A stretch of DNA of 64,000 nt, from assembly GCA_030599585.1 (NCBI GenBank), contig JAUVNS010000016.1:1-64000 (forward strand), given 5' to 3'. Of this stretch, positions 10,666 to 20,900 are shown piece by piece. Source of the stretch: Promethearchaeota archaeon. GTDB lineage: Archaea > Asgardarchaeota > Lokiarchaeia > Sigyniarchaeales > SOKP01. Position 1 is the first letter of the stretch; each line of letters begins with the position of its first letter. Both the position numbers and the translations under genes were made by a program. The notes below the pieces were generated by a model, which was not told the origin of the DNA, made no database searches, and saw nothing but the letters and a program-made list of their open reading frames with translations.

Positions 10666-10775
10666 CATTTTCTTTTTATTTTCTATTTCTTCTTTTCGAT
10701 TTCAAAAAATGCAATAAATATATAAATAAAAAGTAAGTCAGTTTAACTAGAACTTACTACTATTTTTAACTAAAC

Positions 10776-12356
10776 ATGTCGTTGCATGAAAAAGAGGTCT
10801 TCGTAAATTCTAAAGAAAGATTTGACGCTTTACCAAATGCAATAAGGAAATTTTTTCGCTTTTTTTACTCAAACGAAGTCCAATTGATGCAGTTCGATAC
10901 GATACCGTATTTTCCTAATCAGCTCTCTTTTATTTCCTTTGTCCTTTTTGCTGACGAGATTGATAAAAATAGAGAAAACAAAGAAATCTTTTTGATTAAA
11001 ACTTCTCGCGATTCCTTTTCTGGTGGATATTCTCTTTCTGAGACCGCGTTAAATTTACGCTCTAAATACGAATATATAGATAAAGAGCAACCTCTACTAC
11101 AATATCTTAATGGTAATTACCAAGTCGTCAGGATTCTTGAAATCCTTACTTTTTTACGCGCTTTTGAGAGGAATAATCTTTTTCAAATGTCAAGTAGTAA
11201 TTACAGTAAATATGGCGAATATAGTGGATCCTACTTACTGTTTCGATTATCGAGTAATTTTTCAGTTGGGCTTCGCAGTTGCGATGATTTAGGCGAAAAA
11301 GGGGTTTTTGAAGAGGAAAAAATACAATTAAATAAATATTTTCATAAAATTCTCGAAAGAGATTACGAATATCTCGAATATTGGACTTCCAGACAATTGA
11401 GAAATTATTGTAGGAAAAATTCCATCCCACTCCCGGGTGGAAGAAGGAAAATAGATTTAATTAAAACAATTCAAAATTCAAAACTTAGTAAAAAACCACG
11501 ATTGTTGTTTATTCAGAATTTATTAAGATATCCTACGATCTTTCAAGAAATATGTGTCCGGCACGCAGAATATTTTGAAAGTTATTACGTGTACGCGATA
11601 GAGACGGAGAAGTGGTCCAAACAAAAGATAAACGAGTTTTTTGAAAAAAACGATAGCCAAAGAACGGAATTTATGATAGAGTATTTGTTAGAAAACAAAG
11701 AAAACGACATGTATCTCAAGCTATTGGAAAGAGGTTTGGCACAAAAAGAAAATAAAATCCGGAAAGACGTTAAAAGATTATTTCAAGAATCTTACAAATT
11801 AATCTTTCCTGAACCGATCAAGCCAAGAAAAATTGAAAAGTCAAAATTGTATAGTTCAAAAATATCTAAATTCGCTCAAGTGAAAATTAAAACTGACGAT
11901 TTTCGAGTAACTCGCAACATTGGGCAGAGGGGAGAGTGTTATATCTGCTACAACGTGTTGTTGTCAGATTTAGAAAAAAAATACCCACAAGGGAAAGTAA
12001 TTAACAACGAATGGGAAAACGGTTTCTACATAGAAATAGATGGAGAAGAAATAGCAAGAGTTATATGGAACAACGAAATTGAGGAATCTTTTGAACCCTA
12101 TGACCTTCTTCTTATGGATAATAACGAAGAATTTTTCGTTGAAGTGAAAGCGTCGATAAACAATTACATCGACTTTACCATAAGTAAGAAAGAACTCGAT
12201 TTTGCAAAAGAAAAAGAAGAAAATTACGTTTTATATCAAGTTGTAAACGTAAATAACGACAATATTGGTAGCTATAAGTTTGAAGATTTCTACAAGAAAT
12301 ATCAAGAAGGGAAATTCGAGATAGATTCGTACAAAATAAAATATCGCGAGCTTTAA
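10776..12356 (+). CDS. SAP/HeH-like DNA-binding motif plus C-terminal DUF3883 (NOV-C, PD-(D/E)xK-like) domain protein
   Basis: WTSRQLRNYCRKNSIPLPGGRRKIDLIKTI (SAP-like); IGQRGE...PYDL...FVEVKAS...ISKKE (DUF3883-like). Confidence 0.75.
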   Translation: MSLHEKEVFVNSKERFDALPNAIRKFFRFFYSNEVQLMQFDTIPYFPNQLSFISFVLFADEIDKNRENKEIFLIKTSRDSFSGGYSLSETALNLRSKYEYIDKEQPLLQYLNGNYQVVRILEILTFLRAFERNNLFQMSSSNYSKYGEYSGSYLLFRLSSNFSVGLRSCDDLGEKGVFEEEKIQLNKYFHKILERDYEYLEYWTSRQLRNYCRKNSIPLPGGRRKIDLIKTIQNSKLSKKPRLLFIQNLLRYPTIFQEICVRHAEYFESYYVYAIETEKWSKQKINEFFEKNDSQRTEFMIEYLLENKENDMYLKLLERGLAQKENKIRKDVKRLFQESYKLIFPEPIKPRKIEKSKLYSSKISKFAQVKIKTDDFRVTRNIGQRGECYICYNVLLSDLEKKYPQGKVINNEWENGFYIEIDGEEIARVIWNNEIEESFEPYDLLLMDNNEEFFVEVKASINNYIDFTISKKELDFAKEKEENYVLYQVVNVNNDNIGSYKFEDFYKKYQEGKFEIDSYKIKYREL

Positions 12357-12382
12357 GACAAGTATTAAATTAAATATATAAT

Positions 12383-13327
12383 CTATGGAAAGTCAAAATA
12401 CCACCCATGTCTGTGCTTCACTAACCTAAATATATCCTCTGGAACCCGAAAAGAAAACTTATAGGACTTGAGCTCAGCGAACTCTTTACGACCAACAAAA
12501 CGATCTGAAGCGTTATTTAACTCTTTAACAAAAGCTTTGGCTTTTTCAACCTTTTCTTCGAACCAATATACTTGTGCGAGAAATTGTAAAGCCTCGTCGT
12601 CTTTAGGATATAATTTTAATAGTTCTTTCAGGACGATTTTTGCTTTTACGAGGTTGCCGAGTTTTAAGTACACAAACGCCAAAACTAAGTGAGCTTTGCG
12701 ATGGATGGGGTTAATCCAGAGAAGCCGCTTAAGAACCTTCATATTGTTGGAAAAATCGTTTTTACCGTTAAAGTGTGCGCTAAGGAGCTCCAAAACTTCT
12801 ATATCGTCCGCGTAATCTATTAAATCTCTCAATATAGAACGTCTTAAGCGAGCAAGGTGTTTTCCTAAGACTAAAAATTTCTGAACGGTTGGGGACCTGC
12901 TTTTAAATCGTTTTGCTGCTTCTTGCGAAAAGATTTTCTTTGCTTTAATGTCGCCTACGGATGATAGCCTTTTTAGCAAAGGGAACGCCAAGTTTCTGTG
13001 GAGCAAGCGAGTGTCGTAATCGTTCTCTACCCATACCTGAAGGTTCGAGCAATGTCCCCAAAATTCGTCTTCCGGCGACAAACCGACTTCCTCGCGAGTA
13101 ATCTCTCTTTCCAATTGTCCGTTTAAAGATTCGCTCATTTGGTCTATGGAGTCAAAAGACATGGTTGATTTAATAGACGGTGCGTTCATAAACAAATACT
13201 TACAAGCGATAAACGGTTCTTCCTTGACATAAATAACGGTTTTTTGATGCTTAAATCGAACTGAGATGTATCTGCTTAACTTAAAAACGGTCGATCCATC
13301 GAAGCTCAAACTCATCTTAAAGCTCAT
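12383..13327 (-). CDS. Lokiarchaeia-expanded 'FWGHCSNLQ' domain protein with TPR repeats
   Basis: PEDEFWGHCSNLQVWVENDYDTRLLHRNLAFPLLKRL; TPR-like helices in the C-terminal half. Confidence 0.8.
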   Translation of the reverse strand: MSFKMSLSFDGSTVFKLSRYISVRFKHQKTVIYVKEEPFIACKYLFMNAPSIKSTMSFDSIDQMSESLNGQLEREITREEVGLSPEDEFWGHCSNLQVWVENDYDTRLLHRNLAFPLLKRLSSVGDIKAKKIFSQEAAKRFKSRSPTVQKFLVLGKHLARLRRSILRDLIDYADDIEVLELLSAHFNGKNDFSNNMKVLKRLLWINPIHRKAHLVLAFVYLKLGNLVKAKIVLKELLKLYPKDDEALQFLAQVYWFEEKVEKAKAFVKELNNASDRFVGRKEFAELKSYKFSFRVPEDIFRLVKHRHGWYFDFP

Positions 13328-13582
13328 CTCGAGGGGTAAAAAATGTTATTGTAGAAAAACTCCTTAATCCCCATTATAGAGAATTGATTTTAGTATGTTA
13401 ATAAAGTTTTCTACAGGAGTGAAATATACTGTAAAAAAGGTAGGTTTTTGCACTTGCGTAATAAAACACGTTTAGCGATAAGTATAATTATATTTAAAAA
13501 CAACCTAAAACTACTACTGTTTAAGACAAAGATATACCAAAGTAAGCGGTTAAAACGAAGGTTAATCTAAACGAATTAGACG

Positions 13583-13849
13583 ATGAGTAATACCGGATAT
13601 AAAAAATATAAAGGAGTTTCAATACATAATAACCAAGTAAGAGCTCTTCAAGACATTGAAAATCTTATAGGTAAATTTGATCTAAGCCAAACGATAGAGC
13701 TCAGTGGGTTTCCAAGACGTTTTACTCTCAAAAACAACAAGGTCGGATTAAACTCTGTATGTTCTGAGTGTGGGAGCGGAAACCTTGAAACAGACGATAT
13801 AAATTATTGGTATTGTCCTGACTGTGGACTAAATTACACAAAAGGATAG
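13583..13849 (+). CDS. Small protein with C-terminal zinc ribbon
   Basis: CSECGS...CPDCG. Confidence 0.55.
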   Translation: MSNTGYKKYKGVSIHNNQVRALQDIENLIGKFDLSQTIELSGFPRRFTLKNNKVGLNSVCSECGSGNLETDDINYWYCPDCGLNYTKG

Positions 13850-13890
13850 CGAGATTTTACGAGCAAGAATAAATGAAAAGAGAAAAAAAA

Positions 13891-15588
13891 TTACTTAGTA
13901 TTAATTTTTTCAATAATGTCGAACCGTTGAGCCGACACGCCAATTCTTTGCGCTTTTCGAGCTTTACGATTTTGCCTGCGTTCTTCCATTACGTAATCGA
14001 TGACGTATCTCGCAGCCCCACCAATCGTAAATCCCGCGTTTCGATCTGTTTCTTGAATTCGTCGTATTAACTCTACGACTTTCTGATTGGGTATAGGGCG
14101 CTTAAAAGAGTAGGGAATTTCGGATAATTCGGCTTCGATGTTTTTGATTTGATCGCGATTTCGTCTTGTTATAATCTTGCACCCCCAAGGTTTTGTGGCA
14201 GATTCTATTTTTTCTTTGTAATCGAACGAACTCGGTACAAGATACATAGGTGCAGGACGAAATTGTATGGGAAGCGGAACTTGTTTCCCGTTTTCGGTTA
14301 TACGCTTTTGATTAGAATAGTGTTTTATTGTATTTATAACGCTTTCGCAATTGTTTAACTCGGTGTTAAGGTTGCTAAATCCGACTACTAGCATTGCAAT
14401 CACGTTCACTCCTGCTTGAGTTAAGTTCTCGATAGTTTCCATGTTTTGATGTACGCTCGTTCCTTTGTTCATTTCTTTTAAGTCCTCGTCTGAAAAAGCC
14501 TCAAATCCCACCCAAGCGTCTTCAAATCCCGCTAATTTAGCCTTTATGGCAAGTTTTGGAGTGATATTTGCTCTGAAATGCGTACCAAATTTAATGTTAA
14601 GATTTTTATCTATCAAGGCGTCGCATAACTGCTCGAAATAGTCTAAATCGTCGTTTATGAGCGATTCCCCAAACAGCATAAATCCAGGGTTGTTTTTTTT
14701 TACGATTGTCTCGATATCTTGAACTACTTTCTCAACAGAACGTGTCCTAAAGCGCGGTCCAAATAGTTTCCATTCTGCACAGAACTTACACCTATTCGTA
14801 CACCCGCGCGATCGGTAAGTTGAGGCAATGTTAAAATAAGTATCTAATGGAATGTCGGTGTAGTCAGGGGTAGGCAACGAATCTAAATCGAGTTGCACTC
14901 CTGGTGAATAACAAATTTTTTTGTTAGCCTTGAAATCAAGACTTATCACGCCTTTTATTTTCGAAAAATCTTTCCCTTGAGATATCTCAAGTAGCGGTTG
15001 TTCGCCTTCACCAATTACTAACCCATCACAAACTCTTTTACTGAGAAACATCTTAAATGTTTCAAACGATTGAGTAATAGAAGGTCCACCCCACACAATT
15101 TTACAATCGGGATTATTTAGTTTTAAAAAACAAGATGTTACGACCGTTTCGGGTATGTTAAGATAGTTAATCGAGAAGGCCACCGTTGAAAAAGATTTTA
15201 GAGTTTCAAAAACGGTTGTCTTACAATATTCAATCGTCGCTCGGAACCGCGTGTGAGTCGCTTCTTGGGTGTCGAACATTCTGTTAGCGTAATCGAGCAT
15301 TAAATCGGGATAAAAACCTTCCGAAAGGTTGGGAATTTTTCCTTCCAATATATCGTTAGCGATAGGGAGTAAGAGCGGAAAATCTTGGTGGTTCATAACG
15401 AAATCAGTAAGGTTTAGTTGAATTAAAGGATCAAAAACCGCTTTCGGCAATTTATATTCTGTTGTCCTAAAGTTAAACACTTTTACTGGGATTGAGTTTT
15501 GCTTAAGATACCCCTGCAAACAAGCTAAACCAAGGGGAATGAGCCTATCGTTGATGCACGATACTTTTACTAACGCAATTTTTGTCAT
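13891..15588 (-). CDS. Cobalamin-binding radical SAM protein
   Basis: PLGLACL and WGGPS (B12-binding domain); SRGCTNRCKFC (CxxxCxxC). Confidence 0.9.
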   Translation of the reverse strand: MTKIALVKVSCINDRLIPLGLACLQGYLKQNSIPVKVFNFRTTEYKLPKAVFDPLIQLNLTDFVMNHQDFPLLLPIANDILEGKIPNLSEGFYPDLMLDYANRMFDTQEATHTRFRATIEYCKTTVFETLKSFSTVAFSINYLNIPETVVTSCFLKLNNPDCKIVWGGPSITQSFETFKMFLSKRVCDGLVIGEGEQPLLEISQGKDFSKIKGVISLDFKANKKICYSPGVQLDLDSLPTPDYTDIPLDTYFNIASTYRSRGCTNRCKFCAEWKLFGPRFRTRSVEKVVQDIETIVKKNNPGFMLFGESLINDDLDYFEQLCDALIDKNLNIKFGTHFRANITPKLAIKAKLAGFEDAWVGFEAFSDEDLKEMNKGTSVHQNMETIENLTQAGVNVIAMLVVGFSNLNTELNNCESVINTIKHYSNQKRITENGKQVPLPIQFRPAPMYLVPSSFDYKEKIESATKPWGCKIITRRNRDQIKNIEAELSEIPYSFKRPIPNQKVVELIRRIQETDRNAGFTIGGAARYVIDYVMEERRQNRKARKAQRIGVSAQRFDIIEKINTK

Positions 15589-15657
15589 AATATTCTTTTT
15601 CTCTTTATTATTGATGTTTTACAACGAATATAACCGAGTATATAAAAAGAAAAAAAA

Positions 15658-17112
15658 TTATTTCGCATTGAGAGAATAGATTTTTAAAAGCTCAAGTCGT
15701 ACATTTTCTGCTGCTTCCACGATTTCCGAGCTGGTCATGTGTTCCGTAGAGTGTGAACCGTATTCAAACTTACCCCAGTTGCCTAAATCTTGGTCTCCGA
15801 TGGCAAATTTGCTTTGGATGTTCAAGCCCCACTTTTCGGGATAATTGTAGTAATCAGAACCGGGATATATCTGCAAAACGCGAATGTCAGAACCGTCCAT
15901 ACCCGCTTTCGTGAGGTCACATACAACTTTTTTGGTCTGTTTTACGGTTTCTTTGCTCTCGCCCGGTAGACCTATTATCCACGAGCTAGCACATATTAAA
16001 TCTTGTTTTTTAGCGTTATCTAGAGCTTTGAACATATTTTTGGTGTGTTGCCGACCTCCATCGACATCTTTTCCCCTTAAATTTTTTAATATCTCTTGAG
16101 ATCCAGACTCACCTCCTAAAAAAAGGAACACCGGATTAAGTTTATTCATCAAACGGGCGTCTTCCTCTGAAAATTGGTCTGCCCTCGTTTGTAGAATAGT
16201 GCGTAAGGAAAGCTTTTCTTTTTCGTACATCTCGACAAAGTCTTGAAACCGTTTCTTGTGTAAAGTAAAGGTAGAGTCGGTAAAGAGAATTACTTCACAA
16301 CCGTGTTCTTCAAACGTTTTTAATTCTTTTTCTACGTTCTTCATCGGTTTATAATCTACTTCTAAACCCCAATACTTAGAATGTAAGCAATATGGGCAAT
16401 TAAAAGGGCACCCTCTAGCGGTCTGCACGTTACCAAATCGATTGCTTTTCATGTACTCGTCGATATTTAAGCCTTCTAAATCAGAAGGGGGCAATTTAGA
16501 TAAGTCTGGTTTAACTGCAAAGTGAGGAGATATGTGTACGCTTCCGTTGTTTTTATAGCAAAATCCTTGTATGTTTCTGTAGTTGCTCTCTGTAGGATCC
16601 ATTGCGTACTGTTTTGATGCAATTTCTCCTGGACCTCTGATCAAATAATCAATTTCAGGGTTGAAAAGAAAAAATTCGGGATACATAGATGGAAGTACTC
16701 CTCCCACCATAATATGCGTACTGTTATTAATTTTTTTTATGATTTTTGCAAACCTCAACACTTCAACAACTGCAGGTGGAGACCCAACCGATAACCACAC
16801 GGAATCGTAATCAAAAGACGATATACGCTTCTCGATCTCTTTCTCAGTTAAGTACCTACTAATCTCGTCTAAAAGGAACGGAACGTGGTGGGTTGAAATT
16901 CCTTCTTCTTTCAACACCGAAGATAGTTGCGCTAACCCTAAAGGAACTGAATGAAGAGCCGGTAACGCGATTTTGTGTTTCTTGTAAATTAACTTTACCA
17001 AATGTGCGTATATTGAGTTAGTACTTTTGGAATTGACGGAATCTTGCGACTTCGTTGTAACCTTATTCGGAGTATTATACGGTTCTAGCAACAAAACACT
17101 TTTTAAATGCAT
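15658..17112 (-). CDS. Cobalamin-binding radical SAM protein
   Basis: PLGLAQL, VGG, GPGE; TARGCPFNCPYC; GGESGS; IIGLPGE. Confidence 0.9.
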   Translation of the reverse strand: MHLKSVLLLEPYNTPNKVTTKSQDSVNSKSTNSIYAHLVKLIYKKHKIALPALHSVPLGLAQLSSVLKEEGISTHHVPFLLDEISRYLTEKEIEKRISSFDYDSVWLSVGSPPAVVEVLRFAKIIKKINNSTHIMVGGVLPSMYPEFFLFNPEIDYLIRGPGEIASKQYAMDPTESNYRNIQGFCYKNNGSVHISPHFAVKPDLSKLPPSDLEGLNIDEYMKSNRFGNVQTARGCPFNCPYCLHSKYWGLEVDYKPMKNVEKELKTFEEHGCEVILFTDSTFTLHKKRFQDFVEMYEKEKLSLRTILQTRADQFSEEDARLMNKLNPVFLFLGGESGSQEILKNLRGKDVDGGRQHTKNMFKALDNAKKQDLICASSWIIGLPGESKETVKQTKKVVCDLTKAGMDGSDIRVLQIYPGSDYYNYPEKWGLNIQSKFAIGDQDLGNWGKFEYGSHSTEHMTSSEIVEAAENVRLELLKIYSLNAK

Positions 17113-17204
17113 AGTGTTGCTTAAAAACGACCTTTGTATATAAAGGAAAAATTAAGTCTTAATGAAAACATGTAAAAAAACTCAGCCAGCTAATACGCTT
17201 CTTC

Positions 17205-17450
17205 TCATAAGAGAAACCGACTTGCGTTCATTAAAATCTCGCAGTCGCAATGTCCCCCGTTTTCTTTGCATAATTCCAAAATTTTTTCTTGATCGGTCGG
17301 GGGGATTCCCATTGAGGCAAGTATTTTCCTCGCGTATGGAAACTCCGAACCTCCACACTTCCATTCGTTTCCACCAAATTTGCATTGACCCTCTAAAGCG
17401 TAGAGAAATACGTTTAATTGCAACTGGGTGAGTGGGAATCCTTCCATCAT
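17205..17450 (-). CDS. DUF2695-like small protein
   Basis: C-terminal ENGGHCDCEILMN motif. Confidence 0.75.
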   Translation of the reverse strand: MMEGFPLTQLQLNVFLYALEGQCKFGGNEWKCGGSEFPYARKILASMGIPPTDQEKILELCKENGGHCDCEILMNASRFLL

Positions 17451-17486
17451 GCGAGATCAAATATCTTATTTTATTTAAAGAAAAAG

Positions 17487-17720
17487 TTACCCCTCTTTCC
17501 GAAACCCTAAATAGGATTGAAAGTAACTGTACTTATTTTTTCTGTACGGTCTCTCAGGAGCGTTAAGAAAACACGCTGGACAAAAAATTGACAATAATTC
17601 GTCGTTCCAAACGAGAAGCGCTCGCTCTGTGGAATACTGAGGGTGGTTTAACAAAAATTCGTCGAACGAGATGCTTTTTTCACAATCGACGCAATTCCGA
17701 TCTTGAGAAATAGGGACCAT
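17487..17720 (-). CDS. Small zinc-finger protein (probable start ATG 17720 rather than 17870)
   Basis: CVDC...CPAC; TATA-like element ~22 nt upstream of 17720. Confidence 0.6.
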   Translation of the reverse strand: MVPISQDRNCVDCEKSISFDEFLLNHPQYSTERALLVWNDELLSIFCPACFLNAPERPYRKNKYSYFQSYLGFRKEG

Positions 17721-17952
17721 ATTAGTAACTTTATAACGATCTATATTAAAAACAGATGGGTATGAGCCCAGTAATTTTTTCACATTTATCGATACTAACA
17801 TCGAAAAAAAAAGGTTTAGACGCCCACAACTACAAAATCGTATCCGTACGTAAAGTTTTTTTTGCTTCAAATACGGTAAAGATTTTTTTAATTGTCGAAG
17901 CCTAAACTTTTTTTTGAATATAGAATAACTTTTTACATAAATTTGTATCCTT

Positions 17953-18204
17953 TTACCTGAGGTGTTTATCTAAAAATTGTTTCACCCTTTTAACGAGCAA
18001 ATCTTTACACGCAGGATCGCTCCACTCACCTCCCGATAAAAGTTCTTCTTCTTTCGCTTCTTGTTGGAACCCGTATTTCGCAATCATGTAAAAAACTCGC
18101 GTGTGAAAGCGAGTAAAATCCGATACATTTGATATTTCTTTCATTGCTTCTTGTCTTAAGAACTCTCGAGCTTGTTCCTTTGTGTGATTAGTGTTTATCA
18201 TCAT
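17953..18204 (-). CDS. Hypothetical protein
   Basis: 83-aa ORF, ATG start. Confidence 0.6.
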   Translation of the reverse strand: MMINTNHTKEQAREFLRQEAMKEISNVSDFTRFHTRVFYMIAKYGFQQEAKEEELLSGGEWSDPACKDLLVKRVKQFLDKHLR

Positions 18205-18271
18205 AAAATAAAACTTGAAATCAAGATTTATATCACTAGAGAGTAAAAAATTAGAAGAATAATCCCTACAC

Positions 18272-18916
18272 TTATCTTAAGCCAGAAATTAACTGAATTA
18301 GGCGGGAGCCCCACTTTTTCCATTTTGGAAGTTGCATATCTTCATACCGCCCAATTGTTTTATAATATTCTTTACAAAATTCAAATTGGCAATCTTCAGG
18401 CCAGATACCTATATGTTGTTCAATAAATCTCTTAAATTCCTTGACCTTTTTATTGCTCGCGTTGCTAAAATAGGGGTTAATCACGTCATTTACGTACGAT
18501 TTAATTTGGATAGTTGTTCCAAATTTTGTTATTTTAATTAAGTCGTTAATTTTATCGATCCAATTTTGATTTTCAGAAAGAACTTCTTTTATGGGACCTT
18601 CAACTAGCTTTTCAGTAACAATTTTTATCGAAAGCCATTCAGGTTGATAAATTCCTTCAATTTTAACGATGTTTCCTACTAAATATATAAAATTTATAGA
18701 ATTGAACTCAAGTTCGCCGCTTGTGAATCGTTTAGCGTGTAGACTCCCAGTTTTGTGTTTCAAGGTAAGAGAAAAATACGACGTGCCGTTCTTTGCAATT
18801 TTTTTTCTAACACTAATGATCTGAAATTTTTCTTTAATAATAAAATCGTTAATAGAGCCTTGAGCGGATGTAATAATATCTTCTATTGAGACGGATTCTC
18901 TCTCCATACTAAACAC
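18272..18916 (-). CDS. OB-fold protein (YhaM N-terminus-like) with a C-terminal helical domain shared with 46439..47716
   Basis: AKNGTSYFSLTLKHKTGSLHAK...VKIEG is OB-like; C-terminal ~80 aa align by eye with the TPR protein. Confidence 0.7.
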   Translation of the reverse strand: MFSMERESVSIEDIITSAQGSINDFIIKEKFQIISVRKKIAKNGTSYFSLTLKHKTGSLHAKRFTSGELEFNSINFIYLVGNIVKIEGIYQPEWLSIKIVTEKLVEGPIKEVLSENQNWIDKINDLIKITKFGTTIQIKSYVNDVINPYFSNASNKKVKEFKRFIEQHIGIWPEDCQFEFCKEYYKTIGRYEDMQLPKWKKWGSRLIQLISGLR

Positions 18917-19116
18917 TTAATTTTCAGATTAATTTTAAATTCCATAAATTAATATTAGCCGAATATTTAGACTATCTTGAGATATTATTTTTTTTCTACT
19001 TAATACTTGTTATTATTTAAGGTTTAATAATCACAAGTTCAAAACTTAAATTTTAAGAGCTTCTATCCTTAAATAGGTAAAATATGTGTGAATAAAACGT
19101 TCACTATAAAATAAAA

Positions 19117-19533
19117 ATGATAACTTGTCAAAACTGTAATAAGTCTTTAGATCAGATTGGAAGTGTAGAATTTGTTATTAGATGTAAGTGTGGCTGGTTT
19201 AATAAGTTTCGATTTGGAACTTTAAAAAAAGGAGAAAAAATAATTAAAGATTCGGATGGTAATCCTACATTGCTGATAAAACAATTGGATAACGGAATTT
19301 TACATACTCATAGATTTGATTTTCGTCATCTCGTTTTTCTGAGAAAAATATCTCAGAAATCTGGGGAGGCTCTAGAAAATTTTCTTTTATACTATAAAAA
19401 AAGGTTATCTCTTCAAGAGAAAAATATCTTATACAAACTTAAAGCTCAATCAATCTCTAAAATTCAAGACAAGATAAAATATTTAGAAGCAAAAAAAAAA
19501 TGCATAGAAATACTGAGATTTTTGGAATTTTGA
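19117..19533 (+). CDS. Zinc-ribbon hypothetical protein (CpG-poor)
   Basis: CQNC...CKCG. Confidence 0.6.
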   Translation: MITCQNCNKSLDQIGSVEFVIRCKCGWFNKFRFGTLKKGEKIIKDSDGNPTLLIKQLDNGILHTHRFDFRHLVFLRKISQKSGEALENFLLYYKKRLSLQEKNILYKLKAQSISKIQDKIKYLEAKKKCIEILRFLEF

Positions 19534-19563
19534 AATTATAGATTAAAAAAAATGAAAAAAAAT

Positions 19564-20736
19564 TTATTTTCTTAAGATTCGTTTTTGGACAACGAAGTGA
19601 GTTCTTAACGGCGAGGAATGAGGAAAAATAGCCTTTATGGCACGATCGTTGTTCGCCCATATCGTAGTCCCTTCGAAGTAATTATATCCGTATACGGCAG
19701 AAGACAAAGTTTTACCAATGTTGTGAAGCGCAGAGAAAATACCTTTTCCAGCGTATTCTTTTTTGATAATGACTGTGTCAACGTTCATGTGCGTAAGCGG
19801 CTCTTCAGCCCATAGCTGATAAAGGTTAGGTTGGGCCATCAATAATCCAGCGAGTTTTCCCGAATTTTTATCGAACGCGAAAATACTGGTGGATACAATG
19901 TTGTCGAGATCGGCTGTGTTCCATGTGTCTAAAAAACCGGGCATTTCTGCGTAGGTATGGGGGTCGAATTCGGGGTTTGTAATTTTGACTTTTTTGCCGG
20001 CTTGATAAAATATGTCCATGACCTCTTCGAACCGATCTTTTCCGCCAGATGAGTCCGCTAACACCGAATAAAAAGATTGCTGAGCTAAATCCAATACTTG
20101 ACCTTTCAATGCTTTTATTTCGTCGAGCGGTAAGAAACGAATCGCGATGTCTTCGCCTAAATCTTTTCCTTTCTCCCATTCTTTCACGAAAGCGTCTACG
20201 CACGAGTATTTTGCGTCTATTTTGTATCCCAGTTCTTTTAAATAGACAAGAACATTGGAACCTGGGTCGTTAAACGCCACTCCACTCATCATAGGACAAC
20301 CAAACCCTTCGGTTTGGAATCCTATTCCTCCGACTTTTTTAGGATAGTTTATTGGACCCCTGAGCTTTCGAAATTTGTTCGTTCTCACGAACTTTTCACA
20401 TTCTTTCATGAGCGCTTTACACGCTTCGAAATTTTGGGCGTGTAGCCAACCAAAAGTAGGACAGGGCATGCCATAACTTCGAAAGTCTTGATCAATTTGG
20501 CAAAACACAAAACCTTTCTTAATTCCGTTTTGAAATGCCGCGAACATTGTTATTTTTGCTTCGTTACTTTTCGATTTGTGGTCGTAGAAAGCCACGATTT
20601 CAGATACGATTCTGGGTTTTAACGCTTCGTTCGGAACGTATAATAGTTCTTCTAAAATTTCCCCGACCTGAGAAGAATCGGTTGCTTCTATTACCTCTAC
20701 TCTTTGGTAAAGTTCTTTTTGTGTAGTTAATTCCAT
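19564..20736 (-). CDS. GNAT-fold protein (YghO-like)
   Basis: FGWL...LRGP...GF; IKKEYAGKGI acetyl-CoA-binding motif; TIWANN. Confidence 0.75.
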   Translation of the reverse strand: MELTTQKELYQRVEVIEATDSSQVGEILEELLYVPNEALKPRIVSEIVAFYDHKSKSNEAKITMFAAFQNGIKKGFVFCQIDQDFRSYGMPCPTFGWLHAQNFEACKALMKECEKFVRTNKFRKLRGPINYPKKVGGIGFQTEGFGCPMMSGVAFNDPGSNVLVYLKELGYKIDAKYSCVDAFVKEWEKGKDLGEDIAIRFLPLDEIKALKGQVLDLAQQSFYSVLADSSGGKDRFEEVMDIFYQAGKKVKITNPEFDPHTYAEMPGFLDTWNTADLDNIVSTSIFAFDKNSGKLAGLLMAQPNLYQLWAEEPLTHMNVDTVIIKKEYAGKGIFSALHNIGKTLSSAVYGYNYFEGTTIWANNDRAIKAIFPHSSPLRTHFVVQKRILRK

Positions 20737-20900
20737 TTGTTTTCACTAAATTAATATTTACCTTATAAGATACTAAGTCTATTTAAAGGAAAATTTGTGC
20801 GATTTTTGCCAAAAATCGTTAGTTCTATTCTAAAGTAGGATAGCTCGTATGAAAAAATAGGAAATTTGGGGATAAAAAATTTAGATATACGTCAAACCAC

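Noticed and set aside
13891-17112. Assignment of the radical SAM pair as GDGT ring synthases grsA/grsB
   Set aside because: Only family-level motifs are visible; the specific function cannot be assigned without a phylogeny.
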